Assembly (NCBI RefSeq): GCF_018977255.1
Contig: NW_024704742.1
Location: 74,526,001-74,590,000, forward strand
Direction: 5' to 3'
Source: Callorhinchus milii
Lineage: Eukaryota
Length of the DNA stretch: 64,000 nt
Below the pieces are notes generated by a model. It had not been told where the DNA came from and did no database searches. It was given only the letters and a program-made list of their open reading frames with translations. Of the stretch, positions 11,491 to 22,366 are shown one piece after another (within the stretch, counting starts at the first letter, position 1; each line of letters begins with the position of its first letter). The translations under genes were made by a program, and so were the position numbers.

Positions 11491-11945
11491 CAGCAACAAC
11501 AACTTGCACTGATATCGTTCCCTTGCAAGGTGGAGGTATTGAGGGAGAGTGTTTCAGAGTTTCGGGGCATAGCGGCTGAAAGCGCAACCTCCGATGGTGC
11601 GAGGGACAAGCAGGAGGCCGGTGCCTGTCGAGCGGGGGTGGTGGATTGGGGAGTGAGGAGATCGAAGAGGTAGGGAGGTGCCAGAGAGTGAAGGGATTTG
11701 AACACGAGTGTGAGGATCTTGAAGTCAATCCGTTCGGTGATGGGGAGCCAGTGGAGCCTGGCCAGAACTGGTGAGATATGGGTATGGAGTTTGGTTTAAG
11801 TCAGTATGTTGGCGGCAGAGTTTTGAATGAGCTGGATTGTTTGAATAGTGGAGCTGAGGAGGTAGGCGAGGAGTGCGTTTGAGTAATTCAGGTGGGAGGA
11901 GACAAACCCATGCACGAGGGTTTTGGCTGAATTTAGGGTAAGGTT
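11491..11945 (-). mobile_element. L2 family B fragment with internal deletion near the 3' end
   Basis: FKSLHSLAPPYLFDLLTPQS; colinear with 1602-2215 except for the missing segment. Confidence 0.88.
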
Positions 11946-12082
11946 TGGGGTATTTGCTCAAAGAAAAAAGTAAAGAGATTTGGGGAAAGAGCAGAGCAAT
12001 GAGCAAAGCAGTCATGTGGAGTAACTGAAAAGACGTGGATGCAAGTTATACAATGTGTATTTCACTGTGGCGGAGAATAGTG

Positions 12083-12194
12083 TCGCCCACAAATATACAG
12101 TCAATTCACTTTATAGTATATTCTGTGAAGCGCTTTGGGACTTCTAGAAGACGTGAAAAGCGCTATATCAAATGCAAGGATTATTATTATTATT
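12083..12194 (+). mobile_element. tRNA/Deu SINE 3' fragment (TAGAA loop type)
   Basis: cgcccacaaatatacagtc..gggacttctagaagacgtgaaaagcgc..ggattattatt. Confidence 0.9.
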
Positions 12195-12514
12195 GAATAA
12201 ACCTTCCATTACAGCTGCATGGAAGAGCTTTTAGAGACAAAGCTTCTTGGTAAGGTCTAGATAGACTGTTGGTGATGTTATCTGGAGGATAAATACCTCT
12301 CATGTTTACTTGGTCTTCAAGGTGTGGACAGGCACATGCCGGCAGACTACATTACCTACTAAATGTTAATAACTGACCTTCCAATGCTGAAGAGATCTCA
12401 CTAAATACTTCCTCACAGTCACAAGAAGTTGATAGAGTTCATCTCTGAGTTAGGAAGTTGTGAGTCGAAGCCCCACATCAAGACTTTGAGCTCATGTGTA
12501 AGCCAGTGAGCTTG

Positions 12515-13172
12515 TGAGCTTGTGCTGTGGTTCATTGGAACAGCAAATGAACCATAGCGCAAGCTCAAGGAACAGCACTTCATCTAACTGTTAGGGACCT
12601 TACAGCCCCCTGGCCTCAATAGTGATTTCAATAATTTCAGAACATAACAGATCGCCTTCCCCCTTCCCCTCTTCTGTGACCATTACCACATCATCTGAGT
12701 CCCAGACACACCTTTTCCCAAAGTTACCTGGTCTACATCTCCTCGCATCCCACCTCTTGTAAAAACTCCATTCCCTTTTTCCAGTTCCTCTGCCTCTGCC
12801 GCATCTGCTCTGATGATGCCACCTTTCACACCAGAGCAACTGAAATGTCTTCCTTTTTCCTTGACCGAGGATTTCCATCCACTATGGTGGACAGGGCCCT
12901 TGACCGTGTCTGCCCTATTTCCCGCACTTCTGCCCTCACCCCTTCCCTCTCTTTCCAGAACCGTGACAGAGTCCCCCTCGTCTTCACTTTCCACCTCGCC
13001 AGCCTCAACATCCAAAAAATAATTCTCCGCCATTTCCAGCAATTCCAGCGTGACCCAACCACTAAACATATCTTTCCCTCTCCTCCTCTCTCAGCATTCC
13101 GAAGGGACCATTCCCTCCGTGATTCCCTGGTTCATTCCTCCATCACCACCAACAGTTGCTCTCCTTTTCCCA
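12515..13172 (+). mobile_element. Penelope-like element fragment 1 (inverted tip + copy of 3' end + RT thumb/linker)
   Basis: CKNSIPF..MSSFFLDRGFPSTMVDRALDRV..DRVPLVFTFH..IQKIILRHF..HIFPSPPLSAFRRDHSLRDSLVHS; 12545-12715 matches 14650-14820. Confidence 0.9.
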
Positions 13173-13173
13173 G

Positions 13174-14084
13174 TGTAAATAATTCGACAGGCGGTGGTAA
13201 GAGTAAAGAGTTTATTGCATAAGATAAAACATAAGGTTCAACAATCTGTAATCAAATTATCCTACATGTAACAAGACAATAACAATACAACACATCTGTG
13301 TGAGCAAAACATTTACCACACAGCATGCACACACTACTCCAGACAAACGACACACCTCAAAATACACAGCAGAGATCAGCTCCTGGAAATCCCTCAGGGA
13401 CAACTGATTCTGTAACACAAACACTAAACTGGGACCGGTGTCTAGTAGTAGATCTTGGATCACACCTTGACATACACTGGAGATATCACAGAACTATCAC
13501 ACAGAATCATAGAGAGTGGCTCCTGTAACTCAACAGAAACAATCAGCTCTTAGTCCAGAACCTCACTCGTGCTGCCGACCACTACTCCTCCTCTTTCACT
13601 TTTAATAGTCACTTTCTTACCTGAGGTAAATTCCCTCACCCCTGTACACATACATAGATACAGTAGAATCAATATGGATTCCAATGGGAAGTGTGCTGAC
13701 ACTCGACATAACTCCAACTATGTCAAAGTTACATCTTTCTTTCATGTGTTCCTAACTCCCCTTCACCTTGTCATAGAGACAGCCCCCACCCTTCGCAGGC
13801 TGCTTTGCACAGAGAGAGATATGGACAACGTCTGGGCAGCCTTCCACAACCTGCTTCTTTTTCAGCCTTGAGATAGGCAGATGTCTGTAGCCTTTTCTTT
13901 CTGTGGTTCATTGTTCTTACATCTATGTTCAAGGACCCGATTACTCATTATCTTAGAGGTGTCAACATCTTCTCAGGAAAATATGAAATGTAATCAGAAG
14001 CTAACCTCAACCCATCCAGCAAAGCTAGTTTTAACCATTTACCTGCCAAACCTTCAGGAACATTCGGTTTCTGTTTGAAATATA
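13174..14084 (-). mobile_element. Putative solo LTR
   Basis: Minus strand ends aataaa-(~30 nt)-tttaCA at 13174; TATA-like tattaaaa near 13605; other end tata (possibly mutated tgta) at 14084; imperfect flanks cccag/ccaag. Confidence 0.45.
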
Positions 14085-14115
14085 CCAAGGCACTCTGAGG
14101 TGATAGTCGATATAT

Positions 14116-15160
14116 TTCCGTGATAGGGTCCCCCTCGTCCTAACTTTCCACCCCACCAGCCTCGACATCCAAAAAATAATTCTTTGCCATTTCCAGCACT
14201 TCCAGTGTGATCCAACCACTAAACATGTCTTTCCCTCCCCTCCCCTGCCCTCTCAGCATTCTGAAGGGACTGTTCTCTCCGTGAATAACTGGTTTATTCC
14301 CTCCATCACCACCAGCAGTTGCTCTCCTCTTCCTGGCACCTTCCCATGTCAGCACAGGAGATTCAATACCTGTCCTTTCACCTCCTCCCATACCACTGTC
14401 CAGGGCCCTAAACACAGATTTCAAGTGAGACAGTGATTTACGGTGCACTACCACCAATGTAGTTTACTGCATTCGCTGCTCATGATGTGGTCTCCTCTAC
14501 ATTGGGGAGACGAAACGCAGAATGGCTGATCGATTCACTGAACATCTCCGTTCTGTCCACAAGCACAACCCTGAACTTCTGGTTTCTTGCCATTTCAACT
14601 CTCCCTCCCACTCGCATTCTGATCTCTCCATCCAAGGTTTCTTACACTGTTCCAATAAGCCACAGTGCAAGCTTGAGGAACAGCACCTCATTTCTCTGCT
14701 GGGGACCTTACAGCTCTCTGGCATCAATATTGATTTCAACAATTTCAGACCATAAAAGCTCTCCCTCCTCCCCCCCCTTCTGTGACCATTACCACATTAT
14801 CTAGGTCCGAGACGCACCTTTTTTCTCTCTGGTCTTCCTATTTTGTTGCAATATTCCCCCACCCACCCTTTGTTTTGCATTATTAACAACTATTCCCCTG
14901 CTTAGTTGCAACCCCCCCGCATTGTTTTGCATTCTTAGCACATCTTTAACCCATCAACCCCTGTCCTCTACCCCATTTTCTCCTTTGTCTTCCTCCCCCT
15001 GCCTCCCCCCTCTCTGTTAGCCCTTAAAAGCCTCTCCCTCCCAACATGCACCAGTTCTAACGAAGGGTCGTGGACCTAAAACGTTGACTCACTTTCCTTT
15101 CTCCATAGATGCTGCCTGACCTGCTGAGCGGTTCCCAGAGACTTCTATTTTTGTTTGTTA
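14116..15160 (+). mobile_element. Penelope-like element fragment 2 with GIY-YIG endonuclease and 3' UTR
   Basis: NVVYCIRCS*CGLLYIGETKRRMADRFTEHLRSV..CHFNSPSHSHSDL..LEEQHLISLLGTLQLSGINIDFNNFR; 3' UTR gatgctgcctgacctgctgag. Confidence 0.93.
15053..15089 (+). ncRNA. Decayed minimal type I hammerhead ribozyme in PLE 3' UTR
   Basis: agtt-ctaacga-a-gggtc gtg gacct-aaaac-gtt-gact: stems I and II pair, core CUGA and GAAA mutated. Confidence 0.65.
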
Positions 15161-15308
15161 TTTTGGAACTATGTTTGTTTTATACTGTCCGCATTCGGTT
15201 TGTACATGCTTTTCCTGGTATTCTCCAGTTCCTTATTTCTTAGGTTGTAATCACTTAGGATAACCACATCAATAATACTACATGTGCAAAAACAAAAAAA
15301 CAAGATAA

Positions 15309-15612
15309 TAATAATAATAATAATAATCCTTGCATTTGATATAGCGCCTTTCACGTCGGGAGGACGTCCCAAGGCGCTAGACAGTGTACAGCATTTCAGA
15401 CCCGAGCTGGGGTCAGTGGGGGAGAAGGGAGGGGAAGGGAAGGGGGCTGGACGATGGCATGGTCGAAAAGGAGGGTCTTGAGGCGGACTTGAAGGAGGCT
15501 AAGGAGGGTGTGAGGCGGAGTGATTGGGGGATGAAATTCCAGAGGTTGGGGCAGAGTGGCTGAAGGCTCTATCGCCAATGGTGGTGCAGGTGGGTCGGGG
15601 GACGTGGAGCAG
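15309..15612 (-). mobile_element. L2 family A 3' fragment ending in a SINE-type (TTA)n terminus
   Basis: L2 body (LKTLLFDHA) + gggacgtcctcccgacgtgaaaggcgctatatcaaatgcaaggattattatt. Confidence 0.88.
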
Positions 15613-15865
15613 ATGGAACAAAACAGAAGTCGCTGGGAACACTCAGCAGGTCAGGCAGCATCTATGGAGAAAGGAAAGTGAGTCAACATTTCGGTTCCAC
15701 GACTCTTCGTCAGAACTGGGGCATGTTGGGAGGGAGAGGCTGTTAAGAGCTTTCTGTTAGCCCTGAAAAGTCTCTCCCTCCCAACTCTGTTAACCCTTAC
15801 ATACAAAACAGCGACTTCTGTTTTTGTTTTCAGATTTCGAGCATCTACGGTATTTCACGTTTGGA
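15613..15865. mobile_element. Penelope-like 3' UTR segments in inverted arrangement
   Basis: 15613-15750 is the reverse complement of 15020-15155; 15751-15785 and 15810-15865 are plus-oriented pieces; hairpin gttgggagggagag..ctctccctcccaac. Confidence 0.85.
15681..15717 (-). ncRNA. Minimal type I hammerhead ribozyme motif (core intact, stem II damaged)
   Basis: Minus strand agtt-CTGACGA-a-gagtcgtggaacc-GAAA-tgtt-gact. Confidence 0.65.
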
Positions 15866-15884
15866 TACTACATGTACAGTTTAG

Positions 15885-16090
15885 TTGTTTTTTTATAACA
15901 ATATCTGAGTTGTTACAAATTACTGTTCTATCTGTATCTGAGTCCCAGGTTATTGTGATTTTTTTATGTCATTTTTGCTGGTTGATGTTCATACCAGTTG
16001 TCCTTTGCATCAACATTAAAGTGTTTACAAATTGTCCAGTGAATATATTTAGCTACATTGTTATGTTGAATCATATACACTGATTGTGCT
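15885..16090 (-). mobile_element. R4/Dong-type non-LTR retrotransposon fragment (restriction-like endonuclease region)
   Basis: YMIQHNNVAKYIHWTICKHFNV..NWYEHQP then ITWD..TDRTV..NNSDIVIK, matching RHNxV..HW..WYEH.P..WD..TDR..N.PDIV. Confidence 0.8.
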
Positions 16091-16331
16091 GGGCATGATG
16101 ATAATATGATGATTATTATAACATAATCCACAATGATAATATAATAATATAATAACATAATATTATTATTGGTACACTGTGTGAGGTGTCGTGCATGATG
16201 GGCAGTGTATGATTATGTACTGTATAATTATGATGTGCAGGTAATAATTATCATATTATCATCATGTCCATGCCCAAGCACAATCAGTGTATGAGATTCA
16301 ACATAATAATGTAGGTAAACATTTTCACTGG

Positions 16332-16966
16332 ATTCATCCCTACTCTCAAATTGCTGCCACATTTCCAACCTCTCTTTCCGTTCCAAGGTCATGAAATGAG
16401 TTTTACTTCCCAGCTTCGCTCCTTCCTCTCCCGCCACTCCCTTCACAAACTCTTCCAATCGGGTTTCTGTGCCGCCCTCATCACAGAAACAGCTTTAGTC
16501 AAAGTGACAAATGACATTTTGTCTATTTGCGACCAGGGCTCCCTCTGCCTCCTCGTCCTCCTTAACCTCTCTGCTGCCTTCAATACTGTTGAACACTCTA
16601 TCCTCATCCTCCGCTTCTCCTCTCACCTCAACCTTCATGGTCCTGTCCTTGAGTTGTTCAGATCCTACTTCTCACACCGTCTCCAATTCATATCCACAAA
16701 CAGCTTCTCCTCTAGCCCCCAGACGTCCCGTGCAACGTTCCTCAGGGCTCTGTCCTTGGTTCCCTTCTCTTCAATATCCTCTAAATGCTCCTTCTTGGTG
16801 ACATCATCTGCAGCCATGGGGTCAACTTCCACATGTATGCGGGTGACACCCAAGTCTACCTCTCTGCCTCCACCCTCAACTCCAGGACCACTGCTGTTCT
16901 GACAGATGGTCTGTCAGACATCAAGTCCTGGATGAGAGCTAACTTTCTACAGTTGAACATCAGCAA
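16332..16966 (+). mobile_element. L2 family A RT fragment (5' part of an interrupted host element)
   Basis: QSGF..TETALVKVTNDIL..LSAAFNTV; HMYAGDTQVY..NFLQLNIS. Confidence 0.92.
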
Positions 16967-19910
16967 CAACAACAACAAAATGACATTTATAGAGCGCCTT
17001 TCATGTTGGGAGGACGTTCCAAAGCGCTGAACAGTCAGGTGTCGGGGTCTGAGCATGGGGGAGGGGGGGTGTAGGGGTGAGGGAAGGCAGAGAGGTGGGA
17101 GGGCGACCAAAGGCACGGTCAAAGAGAAGGGTCTTGAGACTGGCCTTGAAGGAGGCAAGGGAGGACGCGAGGTGAAGGGACTGTGGGATGGAGTTCCAGA
17201 GTGTGGGGCAGAGAGGCTGAAAGCCCGGCTACCGATGGTAGGGCGGGAGACATGGAGCAGGCCAGAGCCCGATGAATGGAGTGAGAGGGCACTTTAGTAG
17301 GGAGTCAGCAGGTCAGAGAGGTAGGAGGGGGCAAGGCTATGGATGGCCTTAAAGGTGAGGATGAGGATCTTGAACTCGATCCTCTGGGGGATGGGGAACC
17401 AGTGGAGTCAGGCGAGGGTGGGAGTGATGGGGTCGCGGAGCCTGGTGCGTGAGAGTACATGAGCTGCAGAGTTTTGGGTGATCTGCAGCTTGTGAAGGGA
17501 AGAGTTGGGAAGGCCAATGAGGAGGGATTTCCTGTAATCGAACCTTGATGTGACGAATGTGTGGGTGAGGGTTTCGGCAGCCTGAGGGGTGAGGCAGTGG
17601 CGGAGTCTGGCAATGTTGCGGAGGTGGTGGTAGGTAGTGCCGTTCATGGCGCGGATGTGGGGGAGAAAGGACAGTTCAGGGTCAAACAAGACACCCAAGT
17701 TCCTGACTGGCTTAGTGAGGTTGAGTGTGCAGCCGTGGAGGCTGATGCTGCCGGAGCCTGAAGTGCGGAGGCACTGGTGCGATCCAATCAGGAGGTCCTC
17801 GGTCTTGCTGACGTTGAGTTGGAGAAACTTGGCCCTCATCCAGGACTTGATGTCAGACAGGCAGTCGGTCAGGACGCCAGTAGTCCTGAAGTTCAGGGTG
17901 GAGGCAGAGAGATAGAGTTGGGTGTCATCCGCATACATGTGGAAATTTATCCCATGTCTGCGGATGATGTCACCAAGGGAGCACATGTAGAGGGTGAAGA
18001 GGAAGGGACCAAGGACAGAACCCTGAGGAATGCCACGCAAGATGTTGCGGGGACTGGAGGAAAAGCCGTTTGCTGTGACGAAGTGGAGGCGGTGTGAAAG
18101 GTAGGACCTGAACCAATCGAGGACAGAACCTTGAAGGTTGAGGTGGGAGGAGAGACAGTGGAGGAGGATTGAGTGGTCCACTGTGTCAAAGGCGGCAGAG
18201 AGGTCAGGGAGGATGAGGAGGCAGAGGGAGCCCTGGTCACACACGGTCAGGATGTCGTTTGTGACCTTGACCAGAGCAGATTCCGTGATGTGGGCAGCAC
18301 GGAAACCCGATTGGAGGGGTTCATGGAGGGAGTGAGAGGAGAGGAAAGAGCGAAGCTGGGAGGGAACAGCTCTCTCAAGGACCTTGGATAGGAAGGGAAG
18401 ATTTGAGATGGACTGGTAGCTGGATAGCTGTGATGGGTCGAGGGAAGGTTTCTTCAAGGTGGGGGTGATAGTACCTGTTTTGAGAGGGGAAAGAACAGTG
18501 CCAGATGACAGGGAGAGGTTAATGATGTTGGCAAGTAGGGGGGCAAGGAGGTGGAGCTGGAATTTAAGGAGAGGGGTGGGGATGGGGTCCAGGGAGCAAG
18601 TGGTGGGCTTCATGGAGGTTATCGTGTTGAAGACAGAGGAGCGGGTGACAGGTTCAAAGGTGTGGAAGGAGGAATGGATAATTGTCAGATGGGTAATTGT
18701 GTGGGGTGGGGGTAGGGAGGGGATGGAAGTTGGGAGGGCAGTGGCAGCTGAGCGGATTCCCTCGATTCTAGACTCGAGAAAGTCCAGTATTTTCTCGCAG
18801 TGAAAGTCAGAGGAAAATATCTGCGAGGCATGTAAGGGAGGGAGGAGGAGCCGGTTGATGGTGGAGAGCAGGAGCCTGGGGTTGCCCTTCGCCTCTGGGA
18901 TTAACCGGGAATAGAAGGATGATTTGGCTGAGGCGAGAGCGGAGCGGTAGGTCTTGATGAGGGAGATGCCAGATTAGGAGAAGATTAGGTGGACCGTTAG
19001 GCCGGATTTGAGCCAAGTGCGTTCGGCAGACCACACCCGGCCCTTAAGCTAGCGGATGTGGCTGGTGAACCAGGGTGAGGATCGGGAATAGGAGGCAGTT
19101 CGGGAGGTGAGAGGAGCAAGGACGTCGAGTGTGGTGGAGAGGATGCTGTGGAGAAGAGTGAGTGCATTGAGTGGGTTGTTGCGAGAGGTGGGCCAGAGGG
19201 GGAGGAGATCAGAGGACTGCAGGGCATCGGAGAGGGATTGCGGGGAGATCTTCTTCCACGGGCGGTAGAAGATGGTGGTAGGTTTTGAGGGATATAGGAG
19301 TTGAGGGAGATGAAATGGTGGTCAGAGATGGCCTTGTCAGTGATGGTGACATCCGAGATGCTGAGGCCCCAGGCGATCACCAGGTCGAGCGGGTGACCGT
19401 GGGTGTGGGTAGCAGAGTGGATGTGGAGGGAAAGATTGCGAGAGGAGAGGAGAGAGGAGAAGTCTGTGGAGATGGAGCAGGAGGGGGTGAAGTGGAGGAT
19501 GAAGTCGCCTTGGATGATGAGGCAGTTGGAGCAGAGGCAGAGGGAAGCAAAGAGGTGGAGATGTCAGAGATGATGGTGGGAAAGGATTTTGGGGGCTGGT
19601 AAAGTAAGAGAATTTTCAGAGAGAGATGGGAGGGATGGCATAGGGTAAGGTGTTCAAAGGAGGGGAACGAGCCAGTGGAGTAGGGGGATAGGGCAAGTGA
19701 TGCCCTGGATATGAGGACCACACCACTGCCACAATGGTCGGGGCGTGGGGCATGGTGGTAGGTGGAGCCGGGAGGTGTGGCCTCAGTGAGGGGAAGGTGT
19801 CACCTGGGGTGATCCAGGTTTCTGTGAGTGTCATGATGTCAATGCTCTCATCGAGGATGAGTTAATTGATGGCCAGGGACTTGTTGCAGATGGAGCGGAC
19901 ATTTTGAAGG
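16964..19910 (-). mobile_element. 3 kb L2 family A element (EN + RT + 3' tail), 5'-truncated at the EN start, with frameshifts and stops
   Basis: 401-aa ORF 17408-18613 with [39 protein letters not shown] and ISDH motifs; (TTG)n tail at 16964. Confidence 0.96.
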
Positions 19911-20355
19911 CAAGAGCGAGGCTCTCCTGATTGGTTCTTGTCAGTAGAGTTCAGAATCTTCATCTTCACCTTCAAGGCCTTCCACTGCCTTGTCCCTCCC
20001 TACCTCAGCAACCTGCTGACCCCATATCAAGTTATCCACTCCCTCCCCTCAACAGCTGTGGCCTGGTCCACATCCCCAGCCTGGCCCTACCATCTGTGGT
20101 TGGGCCTTCAGCCATTCTGCCCTCACCCTTTGGAACTCCATCACACATTCCCTTTGCCTCACTCCCTCTCTTGCCTCCTTGAAGACACGTCTCAAAACCC
20201 TCCTCTTCGACCGTGCCTTCGGCTACCCTTCTACCCTCCCTGCCCTCCACCCTCCAAGATCCCGACCCCCAGCTCGGGTCCAAAACCCTGACTGTCCAGC
20301 ACCTTGGGACATCCTCCCGATGCAGGCGCGATACAAATGTACTTTTTATTGTTGC
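19910..20355 (+). mobile_element. L2 family A (3' part of the interrupted host element)
   Basis: Resumes at KSEALLIGS right after the insertion, then a deletion to EFRIFIFTFKA; tail gggacatcctcccgatg. Confidence 0.88.
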
Positions 20356-20439
20356 AGTATTGCTGTGTGAGGTCGGTGAATTGTAGAAGATCAAGAAAAT
20401 GATGATAGATTGGATAAATGATAAAAGTCAGGTGAAAAT

Positions 20440-21032
20440 GCCTTGGAGACATTTTTTTAACAAATTAGTCACCTGGGTTCTTTTTAACCCTTTCACGGCA
20501 GCATGACTAAGTGTTATTGGTTCTCATTTTCCTTTTTTTTCTAGAGTTTTACAGGAATTCTTCTTCAAGTTTATTCAGAAGAGTTTGAGAGAAGACACAC
20601 TGAAAGAATCAACAGTTTACATCTCACCGAAACTTAAAGGGTCAATACTGCTGATATGAAGTTTGGGAGTTATAAGTATTTTGAAAACTAGTTTTTAAAA
20701 AGAAATCTTAAATAGTCAATGCCAAGTTGTCACTGGGTTATTATTCATCTGACTCAGCAATATGAAACTGGTGCACACTCTCTGTTGCAGAGAAATCCCA
20801 GCGCGTGAATTCTCCAGCGTCAATTAAAACAATTTGACATCGGTTCATTGAATTTAAACTTACCGCAGCTGGCAAAACATCACAAAACTTGATCAACCGA
20901 TAGAAAGCCTTGGAGACAGCGTTTTAAAAATTAATCACTTGAGTTCTTTTAACTCTTTCAAGACAGTGTGACCAAGTGTTATTTCTTCTAATTTTCTTTT
21001 TTTTCTAGAATTTTACAGGATCTCTTCAAGTT
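20440..21032. repeat. Diverged direct duplication (~130 bp; 20440-20572 and 20907-21032)
   Basis: gccttggagac..gttctttt(t)aac.ctttca..aagtgttatt..ttttctaga.ttttacagga..tcttcaagtt in both copies. Confidence 0.8.
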
Positions 21033-21034
21033 CT

Positions 21035-21550
21035 GTGGTCATTCAGAACTCTGCAGCTCGTGTCCTCTTCCGCACCAGGCTCCGTGACCCTATCCCCCCC
21101 ACCCTCGATCGGCTCCACTTGCTCCCCATCATGCCTGTGCCAGCTCTTGATGAATCCAAATTAATCCCACTCCCCTGCTCTCTCCCCATAGCCTTGCAAA
21201 TTTGTCGTCCCCAAATATCTATCCACTTCTCTTTTTCCATATTATACTGTCCCACTCAGCAGGCCTGCTCCATGTCCCCCGCCCAGCCCGCCCCATCATC
21301 GGCAGTTGGACCTTCTCTGCTCTCACCCTTTGGAACTCCATCCCACATTCCCTTCGCTCCCTCCCTTGTCTCCTTCAAGGCATGTCTCAAGACCCTCCTC
21401 TTCAACCATGCCTTCGGCCACCCTCCTACCCTCCCTATCCTGATCCCAACCGCACCTTCTCCCCTGCTCGGGTCTAAATCCCTCTCTGTACAGTGCCTAA
21501 GGACATACTCCCAACGTGAAAGGCGCTATACAAATGTCATTTTGGATTGT
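21035..21550 (+). mobile_element. L2 family A 3' fragment with CR1 3' fragment (21132-21240, -) inside
   Basis: IQNSAARVLFRTRLRDPI..; inserted tgcctgtgccagctct..ccccatagccttgcaaa; FKACLKTLLFNHAF. Confidence 0.85.
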
Positions 21551-21713
21551 ATTGCAAATTTATTCAGATGAAGAAAGCTCTTTGGCCCATTTGATGCCAT
21601 CCTTGTCATTCCATCACAGCACTTAAGTGGCTGCTGCCAGTAAGGCTCTTTCTGACAGTCTAATGACATCCTTGGTGATTTAATAACTGGAACTTGCACA
21701 TTTATAATAATGT

Positions 21714-22093
21714 ATAATAATCCTTGCATTTGATGTAGCGCCTTATCACGTCATTGAGTCATCTCAAAGCGCTTCAGAGAATACACTGTAAAGTGAATTG
21801 ACAATGGATTTTGTGGGCGAAACGCAGCAACCAATTGCACACAGCAGTGTCCCATAAACAGTCATTGATTAAGGGACCAATTTTTTTGTTTGTGTTTTGG
21901 TTTCCTGGAGGGATTATTACTCCGGAAAATGATCTGCTAATTGACTAACGACTGGGTTACTACTTACTGCTAGGTAAACAGAGACGTGTGGAGTAAGGAA
22001 ACTTGCCAAAGTTTTTGCCCCCACAGGTGAATCGAACCCAGTTATGTTCACTTGCGAGGTGAGCACACTAACCACTATGCTTCGGATCTCCAC
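21714..22093 (-). mobile_element. tRNA-Ala/Deu SINE, long subtype, full length
   Basis: tRNA head, ctctgtttacctagcagtaag central block, Deu domain, (TTA)n tail. Confidence 0.92.
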
Positions 22094-22366
22094 TTATGCA
22101 GAAGTTTGTTGGATAAACAAACTTCACAAATTCTTCTAAATGATGCGTCCACACATTAAACTGAGGCAGATCCAATTGGCTCCAATCTGGGTTTAGTTTC
22201 TGATTATATTGCACACAAAAACAGTCATTGGACTTGATAGCAATTACATGTGAAAAGCATTTAGACATTTCGACATAATGAGACACAACAAACATGCTTT
22301 CTCTCTTTATTGTTCCCATGTTCCCTGTTACTCCAACTCTAAAAATGCACTGATGAGACTAACTCA

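Noticed and set aside
17408..18613. 401-aa ORF as a functional gene
   Set aside because: Part of a 5'-truncated L2 with flanking stops and frameshifts
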